Positions 29,539-40,055 of a stretch of DNA of 64,000 nt are shown one piece after another. Numbering within the stretch: position 1 is the first letter of the stretch; every line of letters begins with the position of its first letter. Made by a program: the position numbers and the translations under genes. The DNA comes from Spirochaetia bacterium (GTDB lineage: Bacteria; Spirochaetota; Spirochaetia; CAKZLE01), in contig JAIPFY010000001.1 in assembly GCA_021736385.1 (NCBI GenBank), positions 9,457 to 73,456 of the forward strand. The letters run 5' to 3'. The notes below the pieces were generated by a model that was not told where the DNA came from, made no database searches, and was given only the letters and a program-made list of their open reading frames with translations.

Positions 29539-30969
29539 ATGGTAAGTTTCATCGCATCACTGGCAATCCTGATCATCGGCTATTTCACCTACGGCGTGGT
29601 AGTAGAGAGGATCTTCGGCATCGATACCAAGCGGACGACCCCGGCTGTCGCTCTGGAAGACGGGGTAGATTATGTACCCATGAAATGGAACAAGATCTTT
29701 CTGATCCAGTTCCTGAACATCGCCGGTCTCGGACCGATCTTCGGCGCAGTCATGGGAGCGCTCTTCGGTCCTGCAGCGTTTCTGTGGATCGTGTTCGGCA
29801 CGCTGTTCGCAGGAGGGGTCCATGACTTCCTCTCAGGCATGATGAGCATGCGTCATGACGGGAAGAGTATCCCCGAGATCGTGGGGATCTACCTCGGGGA
29901 CAAGATGCGCATGGTCATGCGGGGCTTCTCGATCATCCTGCTGATCCTTGTCGGTACGGTCTTCATGGCCGGTCCTGCAGGCCTTCTGGCGAACCTCGGG
30001 TTCAGCGGTATCTTCGCGAACAAGTTCTTCTGGGTCGTCCTCATCCTGATCTACTACTTCATCGCCACGATCCTGCCGGTCGATAAGGTGATCGCACGGA
30101 TCTATCCGCTCTTCGGGGCAGCTCTGCTGATCATGGCAGTGGGAGTCGGCGGTATGCTGATCATCACAGGAGCTCCGATCCCGGAGATCTCCCTGACCAA
30201 CATGCATCCTGCAAGCCTCTCGATGTGGCCGATGCTCTTCATCACGATCGCCTGTGGAGCTATCAGCGGATTCCATGCTACTCAGTCCCCGCTCATGGCT
30301 CGATGTCTGGAGAACGAATCCTATGGAAGGAAGATCTTCTACGGGGCTATGGTCAGTGAAGGAGCGGTCGCTCTCGTCTGGGCTGCAGCTGCCATGGCAT
30401 TCTTCCCCAATGGGATCCTTGGCTTGAGCGAGGTCGTAAACCAGGGTGGTGCAGGTCTTGTAGTGAACCAGATCTCTCTCGGGCTCCTCGGTCCTGTCGG
30501 TGGCGTACTGGCCATGCTGGGCGTCATCGCCTGCCCGATCACCTCCGGTGATACGGCCTTCAGAAGCACCCGTCTGATCCTCGGTGATATCTTCAACATG
30601 AGTCAGGACAGCATCAAGAACCGCCTGTTCCTTGCGATCCCCATCCTGGGTATCGGATTCGGTCTGAACTACATCGACTTCTCCATCATCTGGAGATACT
30701 TCGCCTGGTCCAACCAGACCCTTGCTACCATCGTCCTCTGGACCGGTGCGGTCTACCTCTACCGGAACGGACGCATCCACTGGATGGCTACGATCCCCGC
30801 CACCTTCATGACCGCAGTGGTCACCACCTATATCTTCCAGGCTCCTGAAGGTCTGAGACTCTCGACCTCCATCAGCTACCCTGTCGGTATCGCTGCAGCA
30901 GCAGCAGCGTTCATAGCCTTCATGCTCTTCGTCAGAAAGCAGGAGACTCCCGCCCTGAGCAGAAGCTGA
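29539..30969 (+). CDS. cstA: Carbon starvation protein A (CstA/BtsT pyruvate or peptide transporter)
   Basis: DGVDYVP, IAGLGPIFG, IACGAISGFHATQSP, YFAWSNQTL. Confidence 0.93.
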   Translation: MVSFIASLAILIIGYFTYGVVVERIFGIDTKRTTPAVALEDGVDYVPMKWNKIFLIQFLNIAGLGPIFGAVMGALFGPAAFLWIVFGTLFAGGVHDFLSGMMSMRHDGKSIPEIVGIYLGDKMRMVMRGFSIILLILVGTVFMAGPAGLLANLGFSGIFANKFFWVVLILIYYFIATILPVDKVIARIYPLFGAALLIMAVGVGGMLIITGAPIPEISLTNMHPASLSMWPMLFITIACGAISGFHATQSPLMARCLENESYGRKIFYGAMVSEGAVALVWAAAAMAFFPNGILGLSEVVNQGGAGLVVNQISLGLLGPVGGVLAMLGVIACPITSGDTAFRSTRLILGDIFNMSQDSIKNRLFLAIPILGIGFGLNYIDFSIIWRYFAWSNQTLATIVLWTGAVYLYRNGRIHWMATIPATFMTAVVTTYIFQAPEGLRLSTSISYPVGIAAAAAAFIAFMLFVRKQETPALSRS

Positions 30970-31004
30970 AGATAGGGGAACTTACGTTCCCGCCGATGAC
31001 CGAA

Positions 31005-31055
31005 AGAGGCCCAGCTCATACGGGGATCCCCCCCCCCGTACGCTGGGTCTCTTCT
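31005..31055 (+). terminator. Probable terminator after cstA
   Basis: AGAGGCCCAGC..TACGGGG / CCCCGTA..GCTGGGTCTCT followed by a pyrimidine tract. Confidence 0.55.
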
Positions 31056-31297
31056 CGCTTCATGCATCCACGTTCGTCCCTCTTCATGCATGTCCGTTCG
31101 TATGCTTCTGCATCTCCTGCTGCCTGGTCCATACCCCACTCTGTTTCCCTGCGCTCCCCTCTGTACTCTATGCAGCCCGCTCTCAGCCGCTCTGCACGCA
31201 GAGGTCAGAACGGTCCCGCCCCGCTCCAGATCTGGTTGCATCATAGACTGATGCAGGGTTGCCAGCAGGCTTTACCTCGTTTCCTGTGATCCTGTTG

Positions 31298-31326
31298 TTG
31301 CATGCAGGGCAAAGAGCAGGTATAGT
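31298..31326 (+). promoter_or_regulatory. Sigma70-type promoter of the chemosensory operon
   Basis: TTGCAT-N17-TATAGT. Confidence 0.55.
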
Positions 31327-31357
31327 AATGAGAACAGACCCGGTTCAGGGAGGACAG

Positions 31358-31855
31358 ATGACTGATTCAGACAGAGAAGTACCTGAGGCCTCCTGGCTCA
31401 GTGAAGAACAGAGCAGTCCCTTTCTCATATTCGAACTTGCCTCCTCACTGTTCGCCATCTCCTCTCAGACGGCAGTGAAGGTACGCCCCTATATTCACAT
31501 CACCTATGTACCGGGCACTCCAGATCATATCCTCGGCATCATCCACATCCGCGGGGAGATCGAGTCCATCGTCGATCTGCGAAGGCTCTTCGGTATGCCG
31601 GTGAAGGAACCGGGGAACGATTCCAGGATCATCATCCTGCGCACCGATTCCCTTCAGACGGGGATCCTTGTAGACCATCTGGAAGATATCATCTCCATCC
31701 CGGTCTCTGAGATCTCATCGGTCCTCCCCTCTCTGCCTGAAGCGATCACCCATCTGGTACAGGGAGAGTTCCTGTATGCCGGCCGTCATGTCATGATCAT
31801 CGATCCTGATCGTCTTGCAGGACAGGTGCTCGGAGATCAGTATGATCAGAGATGA
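31358..31855 (+). CDS. cheW: CheW adaptor
   Basis: Start MTDSDRE with SD GGAGG; VPGTPDHILGIIHIRGEIESIVDL, GILVD. Confidence 0.9.
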   Translation: MTDSDREVPEASWLSEEQSSPFLIFELASSLFAISSQTAVKVRPYIHITYVPGTPDHILGIIHIRGEIESIVDLRRLFGMPVKEPGNDSRIIILRTDSLQTGILVDHLEDIISIPVSEISSVLPSLPEAITHLVQGEFLYAGRHVMIIDPDRLAGQVLGDQYDQR

Positions 31856-32255
31856 TCTGCCTGCGAGCTATCTGCTGTGCAGTATCCTCACGGTCCCCAT
31901 GGCCATCGATATCGCACAGGTCCGTGAGATGCTCTCTGTCAGAGCTGCTGACGACACACAGCTGCAGGTGATGCGTCTTGAACAGCTTGCTGCGTTCAGC
32001 GGACACGCCGCATCAGCGATAGATGAGAAACTGCTCAGACTGGCAGCCTTTCCCGACAGGGCGCTTCTGATCAACTCACCTGGAGCGATCATCGAAAGCA
32101 GCAGCACTCAACGGTACAGCCTGCCGCCGCTGATCCGTTCAGTCATTCGCACCCGTTCGATCGGATCGATCCTGATCTATCAGGACCGGTCCTACTGCAC
32201 CCTTGACCTTGAATCACTTGCCCGAGAATATCCGAAACCGGAGGAGTCCCTATGA
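31842..32255 (+). CDS. Divergent second CheW-like protein
   Basis: Overlaps both neighbours, SD GGAG; MAIDIAQVREM, SLPPLI and TLDLESL resemble a reduced CheW. Confidence 0.55.
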   Translation: MIRDDLPASYLLCSILTVPMAIDIAQVREMLSVRAADDTQLQVMRLEQLAAFSGHAASAIDEKLLRLAAFPDRALLINSPGAIIESSSTQRYSLPPLIRSVIRTRSIGSILIYQDRSYCTLDLESLAREYPKPEESL

Positions 32256-34294
32256 AATCATTGCTTAAGAACAGCCTGAGGAACAAGCTGCTGTTCAGCC
32301 TGTTCCTGATCTGTTTCGTTCCCACCGCACTGGTCGGACTGCTGAACTTTGAGTACAGCCGACTGGAGGAACGAACCAACATCTTCTCCGAACTCAATGA
32401 GATCAACCGATCCAAGAGTCTGCAGATCACCGAACACCTTACCGATCAGATCTACCGGGCTCAGGCCCTGGCAGAGTTCAGTGAGGTCGAATCGTTCATC
32501 ACGGCGGTCTCAGAGCTCCCGCAGGGGCTCTCTGCAGAAGAGACGATCGCACAGACCCGGCAGATCGCAGAACGATCCCGCAGGGATCTTGAACGCATCC
32601 TCGGATCCTCCGGGTTCAATGCCATGGTCCTCCTCTCCGCAACGAATGGGACCGTGCTCTTCGGCAGTGCTGATGCACCGATCAAAACCGGGGAGCGCAT
32701 TTCGGCTCTGGGTACCGACCATATGCTCTATGAGACCTGGAGTTCAGTCAAAGGCAGAGAGCAGACGATCCTGCACGATGCCGTACTCTCTGAGAACTCA
32801 GGTCTTAGCCTGGCAGTCGGGGTCCCGGTGTATGACCGGATGGGACTCTTCTCACAGATCCTGGTCCTCTCCCTGCCGATGGAGCAGATCGAGCTGATCA
32901 CTGCCATCGAGTTCGGCAGATATGCTTCCAGGGAATCCTACCTCATAGATAGTGACAGCAGGGTGCTCACCTCCCCCCGATTCCCTGCCGGTGCGAAGCG
33001 TATCGGGAGTATCTATGATGCCGATTACATGAGTGGAGCTCTTGCAGAAGAGACCTCCATCGAGGTGATCGACAGCACAGAAGATGGGAAACCAGTCATC
33101 CTCGCAGCACAGGAGATCGATCTGAGCGTGATCAAGGGGGCAGAGGCTGCATTCACCTGGCATATCATCACGCAGATGGACAGGGCCGAGATGTCCGCAC
33201 CTGCTGTAGCCCGTGCAGGATTCACGATCCTCTTTCTCATCACGGTGGTACTGATCGTGCTGGTGATCGGATTCTTCCTCATCAGGAGAGCAATAGAACC
33301 GCTGATGCATCTCACAGGAGAGGTCAACAGACTCTCAGAGGGGTATCTTGACATCCATCTTCCCACCGACCGCACCGATGAGATCGGCATGCTGCTCAAG
33401 CACACCGACTTCATGGTTGAGCGGATCACCGAGGTGGTCAAAGCGATCGAGGAGACGATCGCACAGACGAACTCCATCGGCTCTACGATCGCCGCCAGTG
33501 TCCAGCAGCAGTCATCCATCGCAGTCGAGCAGGCCGGTTCGATCACTGAGATCTCTTCGACCATGGATGAGTTCACCTCCTCCTTCGCTCAGGTCTCAGA
33601 GAATGTGAAGTCAGTCTCACAGATGTCTGAGAACATCTACACCTATATCACCGAGAGCTCTCAGCTCATCGAATCCATGGCTGATAAGATCCGTGATATC
33701 AACGTCGACAACGACCGTGACATCGCGAACATCATGGAACTCAAACAGCGTTCCAAGGATGTGGCGAAGGTCATGGAGATCATCAATGGCATATCGGATC
33801 AGACGAAGATCATCGCCTTCAATGCAGCCCTCGAGGCATCGAGTGCAGGAGAGGCCGGCAAGCGCTTCGGGGTGGTAGCTGCCGAGATCAGGAAACTGAC
33901 CGAGAGTGTCATCGATTCCACTTCGCAGATCGACAAGATCATCTCAGAGATCCAGAATCTTGCCGATCAGATGGTCCTCGCATCAGAGAAGACCACGAAG
34001 AACATTCAGAAGGGCCTTGAGTACTCATCAAGTTCTGTCGAGAACATCGAATTCATGGTGGAGAGCATCAGGACCACCAAAGAGGCTTCCCAGCAGATCA
34101 CACTCTCTGTGCAGCAGCAGCAGACCGCTGCCGGTCAGATCCAGACCGGACTGCAGGAACTCTCGACCGGGGCTCAGCAGAACAGTGAGGCTATCGGCGC
34201 ACTCAATGAGACAGGGAATGAGTTCAAGAGGATCGGCAGACAGCTGACCCTGCTGATCAAGCGTTTCAAATTCACCAGCACTGATATGAAATAG
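32252..34294 (+). CDS. Methyl-accepting chemoreceptor (TM-Cache-TM-HAMP-MA)
   Basis: Two TMs, DEIG HAMP, tip QTKIIAFNAALEASSAGEAGKRFGVVAAEIRKL. Confidence 0.93.
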   Translation: MKSLLKNSLRNKLLFSLFLICFVPTALVGLLNFEYSRLEERTNIFSELNEINRSKSLQITEHLTDQIYRAQALAEFSEVESFITAVSELPQGLSAEETIAQTRQIAERSRRDLERILGSSGFNAMVLLSATNGTVLFGSADAPIKTGERISALGTDHMLYETWSSVKGREQTILHDAVLSENSGLSLAVGVPVYDRMGLFSQILVLSLPMEQIELITAIEFGRYASRESYLIDSDSRVLTSPRFPAGAKRIGSIYDADYMSGALAEETSIEVIDSTEDGKPVILAAQEIDLSVIKGAEAAFTWHIITQMDRAEMSAPAVARAGFTILFLITVVLIVLVIGFFLIRRAIEPLMHLTGEVNRLSEGYLDIHLPTDRTDEIGMLLKHTDFMVERITEVVKAIEETIAQTNSIGSTIAASVQQQSSIAVEQAGSITEISSTMDEFTSSFAQVSENVKSVSQMSENIYTYITESSQLIESMADKIRDINVDNDRDIANIMELKQRSKDVAKVMEIINGISDQTKIIAFNAALEASSAGEAGKRFGVVAAEIRKLTESVIDSTSQIDKIISEIQNLADQMVLASEKTTKNIQKGLEYSSSSVENIEFMVESIRTTKEASQQITLSVQQQQTAAGQIQTGLQELSTGAQQNSEAIGALNETGNEFKRIGRQLTLLIKRFKFTSTDMK

Positions 34295-34313
34295 ATCGTG
34301 GGAGGATGACTGC

Positions 34314-35354
34314 ATGAAGCGAACCGGTATCCTGATCGTTGATGACAGTGCTTTTGCCAGATCACTGATCAGGGAGATCATCGGCAGTGCCCCTGACCTT
34401 CAGGTGATCGGAGAGGCTGCCGACGGTGTACAGGCGGTACGGATGAACAGCGAACTGCACCCGGACCTGATCACCCTCGATATCACCATGCCGGTGATGG
34501 GGGGGCTTGAGGCCATCGAGCAGATCATGGCCACGGCTCCGGTTCCCATCCTGGTGCTGACCTCGTTGACCGATGCCGATACGGCTTTCCAGGCTATCTC
34601 ACGGGGAGCTCTGGAAGTAGCTAAGAAACCACAGGCCGCAGAGGCCGACCGGGTATCCCTGATCGCCAAGATCTCGCTGCTTGCCAAAGTGCCGGTCATC
34701 AGGCATATGAGAAGATCCTCCCAGAGGAGTCCGATCTCGCCTCCTGTGCTGCCGAGACCACTGCAGGGCAGCACAGGCAGGTCCATCATCGCTATCGCCG
34801 CATCGACCGGCGGGCCGAAGGCTCTGGCCGGACTGTTCGGCCGGATGCCTGCAGACATCCCTGCCCCCATTCTCATCGCACAGCACATCGGTGGTGGATT
34901 CTCTGCCGGCCTCGTCTCCTGGCTCAATCAGGTCTCGCCGCTGCAGGTGACCACCGCACACCATCATGAGCAGGTCCTTGACGGCCATGCCTATATCGCC
35001 CCTGATGGATTCCATATCGAGATCGACCCCTTCTCCTGCATCCGGCTCACCCGATCAGAGCCGTCCGATCCCTACACCCCTTCCTGCGACCGGCTCTTCA
35101 CCTCCCTCGCCTCTTATATCAGGACCCATGCCGTCGGCATCATCCTCTCGGGGATGGGATCTGATGGTACGAAGGGGCTCACAGCGCTTCATGAGGCAGG
35201 AGGACGTACCATCGCTCAGGATGAGGAGAGTTCAGTGATCTTCGGTATGCCCAAAGCAGCCATCGAAGCCCGCTGCGTCGATTCCATCCTTCCCCTGGAT
35301 GCCATCGCGGCACAGATCCTCGCTATCATCCGCTACCGGGGCTCACTCTCATGA
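34314..35354 (+). CDS. cheB: CheB methylesterase (REC-CheB)
   Basis: AASTGGP, AQH, SGMGSDG, FGMP. Confidence 0.95.
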   Translation: MKRTGILIVDDSAFARSLIREIIGSAPDLQVIGEAADGVQAVRMNSELHPDLITLDITMPVMGGLEAIEQIMATAPVPILVLTSLTDADTAFQAISRGALEVAKKPQAAEADRVSLIAKISLLAKVPVIRHMRRSSQRSPISPPVLPRPLQGSTGRSIIAIAASTGGPKALAGLFGRMPADIPAPILIAQHIGGGFSAGLVSWLNQVSPLQVTTAHHHEQVLDGHAYIAPDGFHIEIDPFSCIRLTRSEPSDPYTPSCDRLFTSLASYIRTHAVGIILSGMGSDGTKGLTALHEAGGRTIAQDEESSVIFGMPKAAIEARCVDSILPLDAIAAQILAIIRYRGSLS

Positions 35355-36784
35355 CCGGGTCTGTCGAACACCCGCTGATCACCGCCCGGATCAAAGCCCT
35401 CACCGGGACTTCCCTGCGCCATGTCTCCGTCTCAGCCCTCGATCGGCTGATCGGTTCGATGATGGACAGCTGCAGCTGTACCAGTGAGGCAGAGTTCCTC
35501 AGCAAGCTGCAGCACACCCCCTCGCTGCAGGAACAGCTCATCCACGCATCGACGGTCAAGGAGACCTACTTCTTCAGAGAACCGGCGACCATAGAGATGG
35601 TGATGAGATCGGTCATGCCGAGGCTGCTGGCAGCAGGGGATTCTGTCAGGATCCTCAGTGCCGGCTGCTCTTCAGGGGCAGAGGCCTACTCGCTGGCTAT
35701 GGCCATCGATCAGACCTTCGGATCTGCCGTCCTGAGGCAGTGCACCATCGAAGGGATCGATGTAGACCCCTTATCGGTACGTGCTGCAGAGGCAGCCCGC
35801 TACTCGGATCATACGCTTCGGGGACTCTCGAAGCAGGTCTACCGCACCTACTTCACTGCAGCAGGAGTCCACGAACACCAGGTCCGAGATCATATACGAA
35901 AGCGAGTCAGTTTTCAGACAGCGAACCTTGCTGATGCTCAGCAGCTCTCGAAGCTCGGATCCTATGATATCATCTTCTACCGTAATGTATCGATCTACTT
36001 CGATCAGCAGACCCGCACGACGGTATTCACCAACCTGGCAGAGCTGCTGAAGCCTCAGGGAGTCCTGTGCACCAGTCCCTCTGAGACCTTCTCCCATACC
36101 ATCGGGGTCCTGCACCTGGTACATGAGCAGGCTGTCTTCTATTTCAGCAAAACCCCATCTGAGCCGGCACCGCAGCCGGTCGCTGCTCCTGCAGGTCGAC
36201 CACAGAGAGTCCACAGAACGAGAGAGACGCAGGTAAAACGGGAACAGAATCCTCGTCGGACACCGAAGAGAACGAACACCTCCTCACCCACTCTCGAGCA
36301 GGTGATCGGACTCTCACGTGCAGGGGATCATGCACGAGCCCTCGGACTCATCGAACAGCTGGATACAGAGGATCACCGGGTCAAGATCGTGCATGCCGGC
36401 ATCCTTCTGGAGATCAATCGATCAACAGAGGCCATGAACCTCTGCCGTGCCCTGATCGAAGCCGATCCGATGCTTCTCGAACCCCATATCCATCTTGCAC
36501 TGATCCACCGATCGCAGGATGATCCTGCACAGGCTCTGCAGGAACTGAAGATCGCCCTCTACATCGAACCCTCGTGCTGGGTCGCCCTGTTCCACGCTGC
36601 TGAGATCTATCGTAAGCAGGGGCAGGATGCCCTTGCCCTGCGGGACTACCGCAGGACGCTCGCTGCCGTCGCATCAGGGGTCTACCATCAGGAGCTGATG
36701 ATCAGCACGATAGATGACCATTCAAAACAGCAGATCATACGATTATGCACGCACCATATCGAACAGATGACGCTCAGATCGTGA
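35351..36784 (+). CDS. cheR: CheR methyltransferase with C-terminal TPR (WspC-like)
   Basis: ETYFFRE, SAGCSSGAEAYS, YRNVSIYF, then TPR-like helices. Confidence 0.92.
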   Translation: MTGSVEHPLITARIKALTGTSLRHVSVSALDRLIGSMMDSCSCTSEAEFLSKLQHTPSLQEQLIHASTVKETYFFREPATIEMVMRSVMPRLLAAGDSVRILSAGCSSGAEAYSLAMAIDQTFGSAVLRQCTIEGIDVDPLSVRAAEAARYSDHTLRGLSKQVYRTYFTAAGVHEHQVRDHIRKRVSFQTANLADAQQLSKLGSYDIIFYRNVSIYFDQQTRTTVFTNLAELLKPQGVLCTSPSETFSHTIGVLHLVHEQAVFYFSKTPSEPAPQPVAAPAGRPQRVHRTRETQVKREQNPRRTPKRTNTSSPTLEQVIGLSRAGDHARALGLIEQLDTEDHRVKIVHAGILLEINRSTEAMNLCRALIEADPMLLEPHIHLALIHRSQDDPAQALQELKIALYIEPSCWVALFHAAEIYRKQGQDALALRDYRRTLAAVASGVYHQELMISTIDDHSKQQIIRLCTHHIEQMTLRS

Positions 36785-36829
36785 GAGTCAATCGAACCCG
36801 AAGAGACTGCAGAGCGGTAAGGAGAGTTT

Positions 36830-38980
36830 GTGGCATTTGATACAAAGAGATTTCTGGTCCGTTTCGTCGAAGAAGCACGAAAACACATCAAAGAGTTATC
36901 ATCCGGTCTCATCGAACTGGAACATCGTCAGGATGATGAACTGCTCAACACCATCTTTCGGTGTGCCCACACGATAAAAGGTTCTTCCACGATGATGGAT
37001 CTCCCGGAGATCGCCGAATTCGCCCATACCATCGAGAACAGTCTGATGTCGATCCGCGACAAGAAGAGCCCGGTCACCAGAGAGCTCATCGATACCCTGC
37101 TCGAGGCAATCGATCGCTTATCGGTCATGATCGATGAGGCTGAAGCCGGGAAGGAGATCAGGAAGCCCGAAGCTGCCCTGCTCGAGCGGATCATGCAGAC
37201 CCCTGAGCAGGCCGTGCAGCTGCCGACCACCGAAGCTGCAGAGCAGGACCTGCCGGCTGTACAGCCCGAACGCAGGAAGAGGCAGCGGACAGCAGCAGGG
37301 ACTTTCTCCATCCGAACCGAAAAACTCGACGATCTGATCCGTCTGGTCTCCGAGCTCTCCATCTGGAACAGGAGTCTGGAAGAACACCTGCAGGGGATCC
37401 ATGCTGCTGCACAGCTCTCCCGATCGGTACGAGAGTCCTTTGACCGGAATGATATGCAGAGACTCAAAGGCTTGATCTCCACCCTCGAGGAACATACCGG
37501 GAATCTCTCCGCAAGCCTCATGCAGGACATGAGCACCCTCGATCAGCTCAATACCGAGCTGAGAGATACCCTGTTCGATCTCAGGATGGTTCCCATCGGG
37601 ATCATCCTGGAGAAGTTCCCCCGGGTCGTCCGCTCCATCGCCGAAGCCTACCACAAGCAGATCATCCTGAGCATCACTGGAGAAGAGACGGAACTGGACA
37701 AGAAGATCATCGAGATGATCGATGAATCACTCATCCAGATCATCAGGAATGCCATCGATCATGGTATCGAGTCACCGGAGGAGCGAATCGGCGCAGGGAA
37801 GCCTGCTGAAGGGACCATCCGGGTCCATGCCGGGTATGAACAGGGCATGTGCAGGATCACGATCTCTGACGATGGAAGGGGGATCGATACCGCCCGACTT
37901 ACGCAGAAGGCGGTGGAAAAGGGTATGCTCACGACCAGTGAAGCTGAGAAGATCATCAGACGGCCCACCTCAGAGGCACTGATCGATCTTATCTTCACAG
38001 CCGGTCTCTCTTCGAGCAGCATCATCACCGATCTCTCAGGGAGGGGTGTCGGGATGGACATCGTCCATGAGAACATCATCCGCAAGCTGAACGGGCAGAT
38101 AACAGTAGAGAGCATCCCCAACGAAGGGACCTCCTTTTCGATCATGCTGCCGCTCAACACTGCGATCATGCAGGCAACAGTCTTCAGGATCGGCACGCAG
38201 GAACTTGCCGTACCCTCCCATGCCCTGCATGAGGTCCTGCGGGTGGAGAATGAACAGTTCATCGACGTGGTCAACGGGAGGGCTGTCAGGCTGCGGGAGC
38301 AGATCATACCGCTGGTACAGCTGGAGCGACTCCTGAAGATCACCGGGGAAGCTGCACAGAAGCAGAGCCAGCTGGTGCTGATCATCAAGACTGCGAACGG
38401 GTTCGCAGCGGTGGCTGTCGATGACATCATCACACAGAGCAGTTTCGTGATCCATTCGCTGCCGAAGCACCTCCAGCATACCAGGTGGGTCTCCGGCTGC
38501 ATCATCACCGGAGCCTACAGTATCGTCAACCTGCTCAATACCCGACACCTCGTCGAGTACGCACAGCAGGCGGATCTGACAGGGACTGCAGCTGCCGGGA
38601 ATGCTGGAGAGCAGAATATCATCAGTATCCTGGTCGCGGATGACTCTATCAGCACCCGCGATATAGAGAAGAGCATCCTCGAATCCTACGGCTACCGGGT
38701 CGAGACGGCTTCAGACGGACAGGAGGCGCTGGAAATGGCACGTGAGAAGCAGTATGACCTGATCATCACAGATATCGAGATGCCCCGTATGGACGGGATC
38801 AGCCTGACCATCCAGCTTCGCAAAGAGCGCAGCTACGCACACATCCCCATCATCCTCGTCACCTCACGCGATCAGCAGGCCGATAAGATCAGGGGAGCAC
38901 AGGCAGGAGCTGATGCCTATATCATAAAATCGTCCTTTGACCAGGAGAATCTCATACAGACCATCAGAACGCTGGTCTGA
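36830..38980 (+). CDS. cheA: Hybrid CheA kinase with C-terminal REC (WspE-like)
   Basis: Hpt AHTIKGSS, RNAIDHGIE, SGRGVGMD, CheW domain, REC. Confidence 0.95.
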   Translation: MAFDTKRFLVRFVEEARKHIKELSSGLIELEHRQDDELLNTIFRCAHTIKGSSTMMDLPEIAEFAHTIENSLMSIRDKKSPVTRELIDTLLEAIDRLSVMIDEAEAGKEIRKPEAALLERIMQTPEQAVQLPTTEAAEQDLPAVQPERRKRQRTAAGTFSIRTEKLDDLIRLVSELSIWNRSLEEHLQGIHAAAQLSRSVRESFDRNDMQRLKGLISTLEEHTGNLSASLMQDMSTLDQLNTELRDTLFDLRMVPIGIILEKFPRVVRSIAEAYHKQIILSITGEETELDKKIIEMIDESLIQIIRNAIDHGIESPEERIGAGKPAEGTIRVHAGYEQGMCRITISDDGRGIDTARLTQKAVEKGMLTTSEAEKIIRRPTSEALIDLIFTAGLSSSSIITDLSGRGVGMDIVHENIIRKLNGQITVESIPNEGTSFSIMLPLNTAIMQATVFRIGTQELAVPSHALHEVLRVENEQFIDVVNGRAVRLREQIIPLVQLERLLKITGEAAQKQSQLVLIIKTANGFAAVAVDDIITQSSFVIHSLPKHLQHTRWVSGCIITGAYSIVNLLNTRHLVEYAQQADLTGTAAAGNAGEQNIISILVADDSISTRDIEKSILESYGYRVETASDGQEALEMAREKQYDLIITDIEMPRMDGISLTIQLRKERSYAHIPIILVTSRDQQADKIRGAQAGADAYIIKSSFDQENLIQTIRTLV

Positions 38981-39017
38981 TCAGTACAGAAGATAAAAAA
39001 GAGATGAGTAAAAAAGC

Positions 39018-39980
39018 ATGAATGACAACACAACAGAATCAGTAGAGGTCCTTGTAGTCGATGATGACCCGTTCGTCCGTGAGATGATCTGCGATATCCT
39101 CGATGAGAACAGCTATCGGACACGGCAGGCAGAACACGGCAGGCAGGCACTTGACATCCTGCAGGAGACCGGCAGCATCGGACTGATCATCACAGATGTC
39201 CATATGCCGGTCATGAGCGGGATAGAGCTCGTAGAACAGGTCAGACGCTCAGATACGGGGATCCCGATCATCATCCTGACGGTGAACAGTGAACTCAGCA
39301 CGGCCATCGATGCGATCCGAAAAGGGGCGGATGACTACATCCTCAAGGGCAGCACCATTGGTGATACCCTCCCCCTGTCAGTGGTGAAGGTCCTTGAGCT
39401 CTATGACCTGAAGGCAGAGAACAGGAGACTGTTCGAAGACCTCTCCCGAAAGAACGCCGAACTCGAGCGACTGGCGTTCATTGACGGGCTCACCGGGGTA
39501 GCGAACCGGAGGTACTATGATCTTACCCTGAACTCCCTGTGGCATACTGCCAGGCGGAACCACCAGCCCATATCGATGATCATGACCGACATAGACCGGT
39601 TCAAAGAACTCAATGACACCCTCGGCCATCAATATGGTGATCTGTGCATCAGATCAGCAGCCAGGACCCTGGATTCACTGCTGAAGAAGACTGATACCAT
39701 CTTCGCCCGCTTCGGAGGGGATGAGTTCGCAGCCATCCTGCCGCAGACCGCCTCTGATGAGGCAGCTGCCATCGCAGAACAGATGAGAGTCCGTATCGAA
39801 GAGCTTCGGGTCACTGACCCCGAGACCGGCAGATCGATGGACTTCACCATGAGTTTCGGCATCTTCGGTCTCACCCCCGAGTTCGGCTCTCAACCGGAGA
39901 TGCTCCTTGAGGGGGCAGATGCCGCACTCTATGATGCAAAACATTCAGGCAGGAACACGGTCATCGTACGGGATCTCTGA
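39018..39980 (+). CDS. REC-GGDEF diguanylate cyclase (WspR-like)
   Basis: REC, DGLTG, DIDRFKELND, RFGGDEF. Confidence 0.95.
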   Translation: MNDNTTESVEVLVVDDDPFVREMICDILDENSYRTRQAEHGRQALDILQETGSIGLIITDVHMPVMSGIELVEQVRRSDTGIPIIILTVNSELSTAIDAIRKGADDYILKGSTIGDTLPLSVVKVLELYDLKAENRRLFEDLSRKNAELERLAFIDGLTGVANRRYYDLTLNSLWHTARRNHQPISMIMTDIDRFKELNDTLGHQYGDLCIRSAARTLDSLLKKTDTIFARFGGDEFAAILPQTASDEAAAIAEQMRVRIEELRVTDPETGRSMDFTMSFGIFGLTPEFGSQPEMLLEGADAALYDAKHSGRNTVIVRDL

Positions 39981-39991
39981 CCAGATGCAGC

Positions 39992-40023
39992 ACAGGCGTA
40001 CCGGATCACTCCGGTACGCCTGT
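39992..40023. terminator. Hairpin between convergent operons
   Basis: 14-bp perfect stem ACAGGCGTACCGGA/TCCGGTACGCCTGT. Confidence 0.6.
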
Positions 40024-40055
40024 AAGCAGTCAGTTCATCCTGAGATGATCATCGA

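Noticed and set aside
30970..31330. Possible c-di-GMP riboswitch or CRISPR-like repeats before the chemosensory operon
   Set aside because: No riboswitch consensus seen; repeats are short, imperfect and lack spacers
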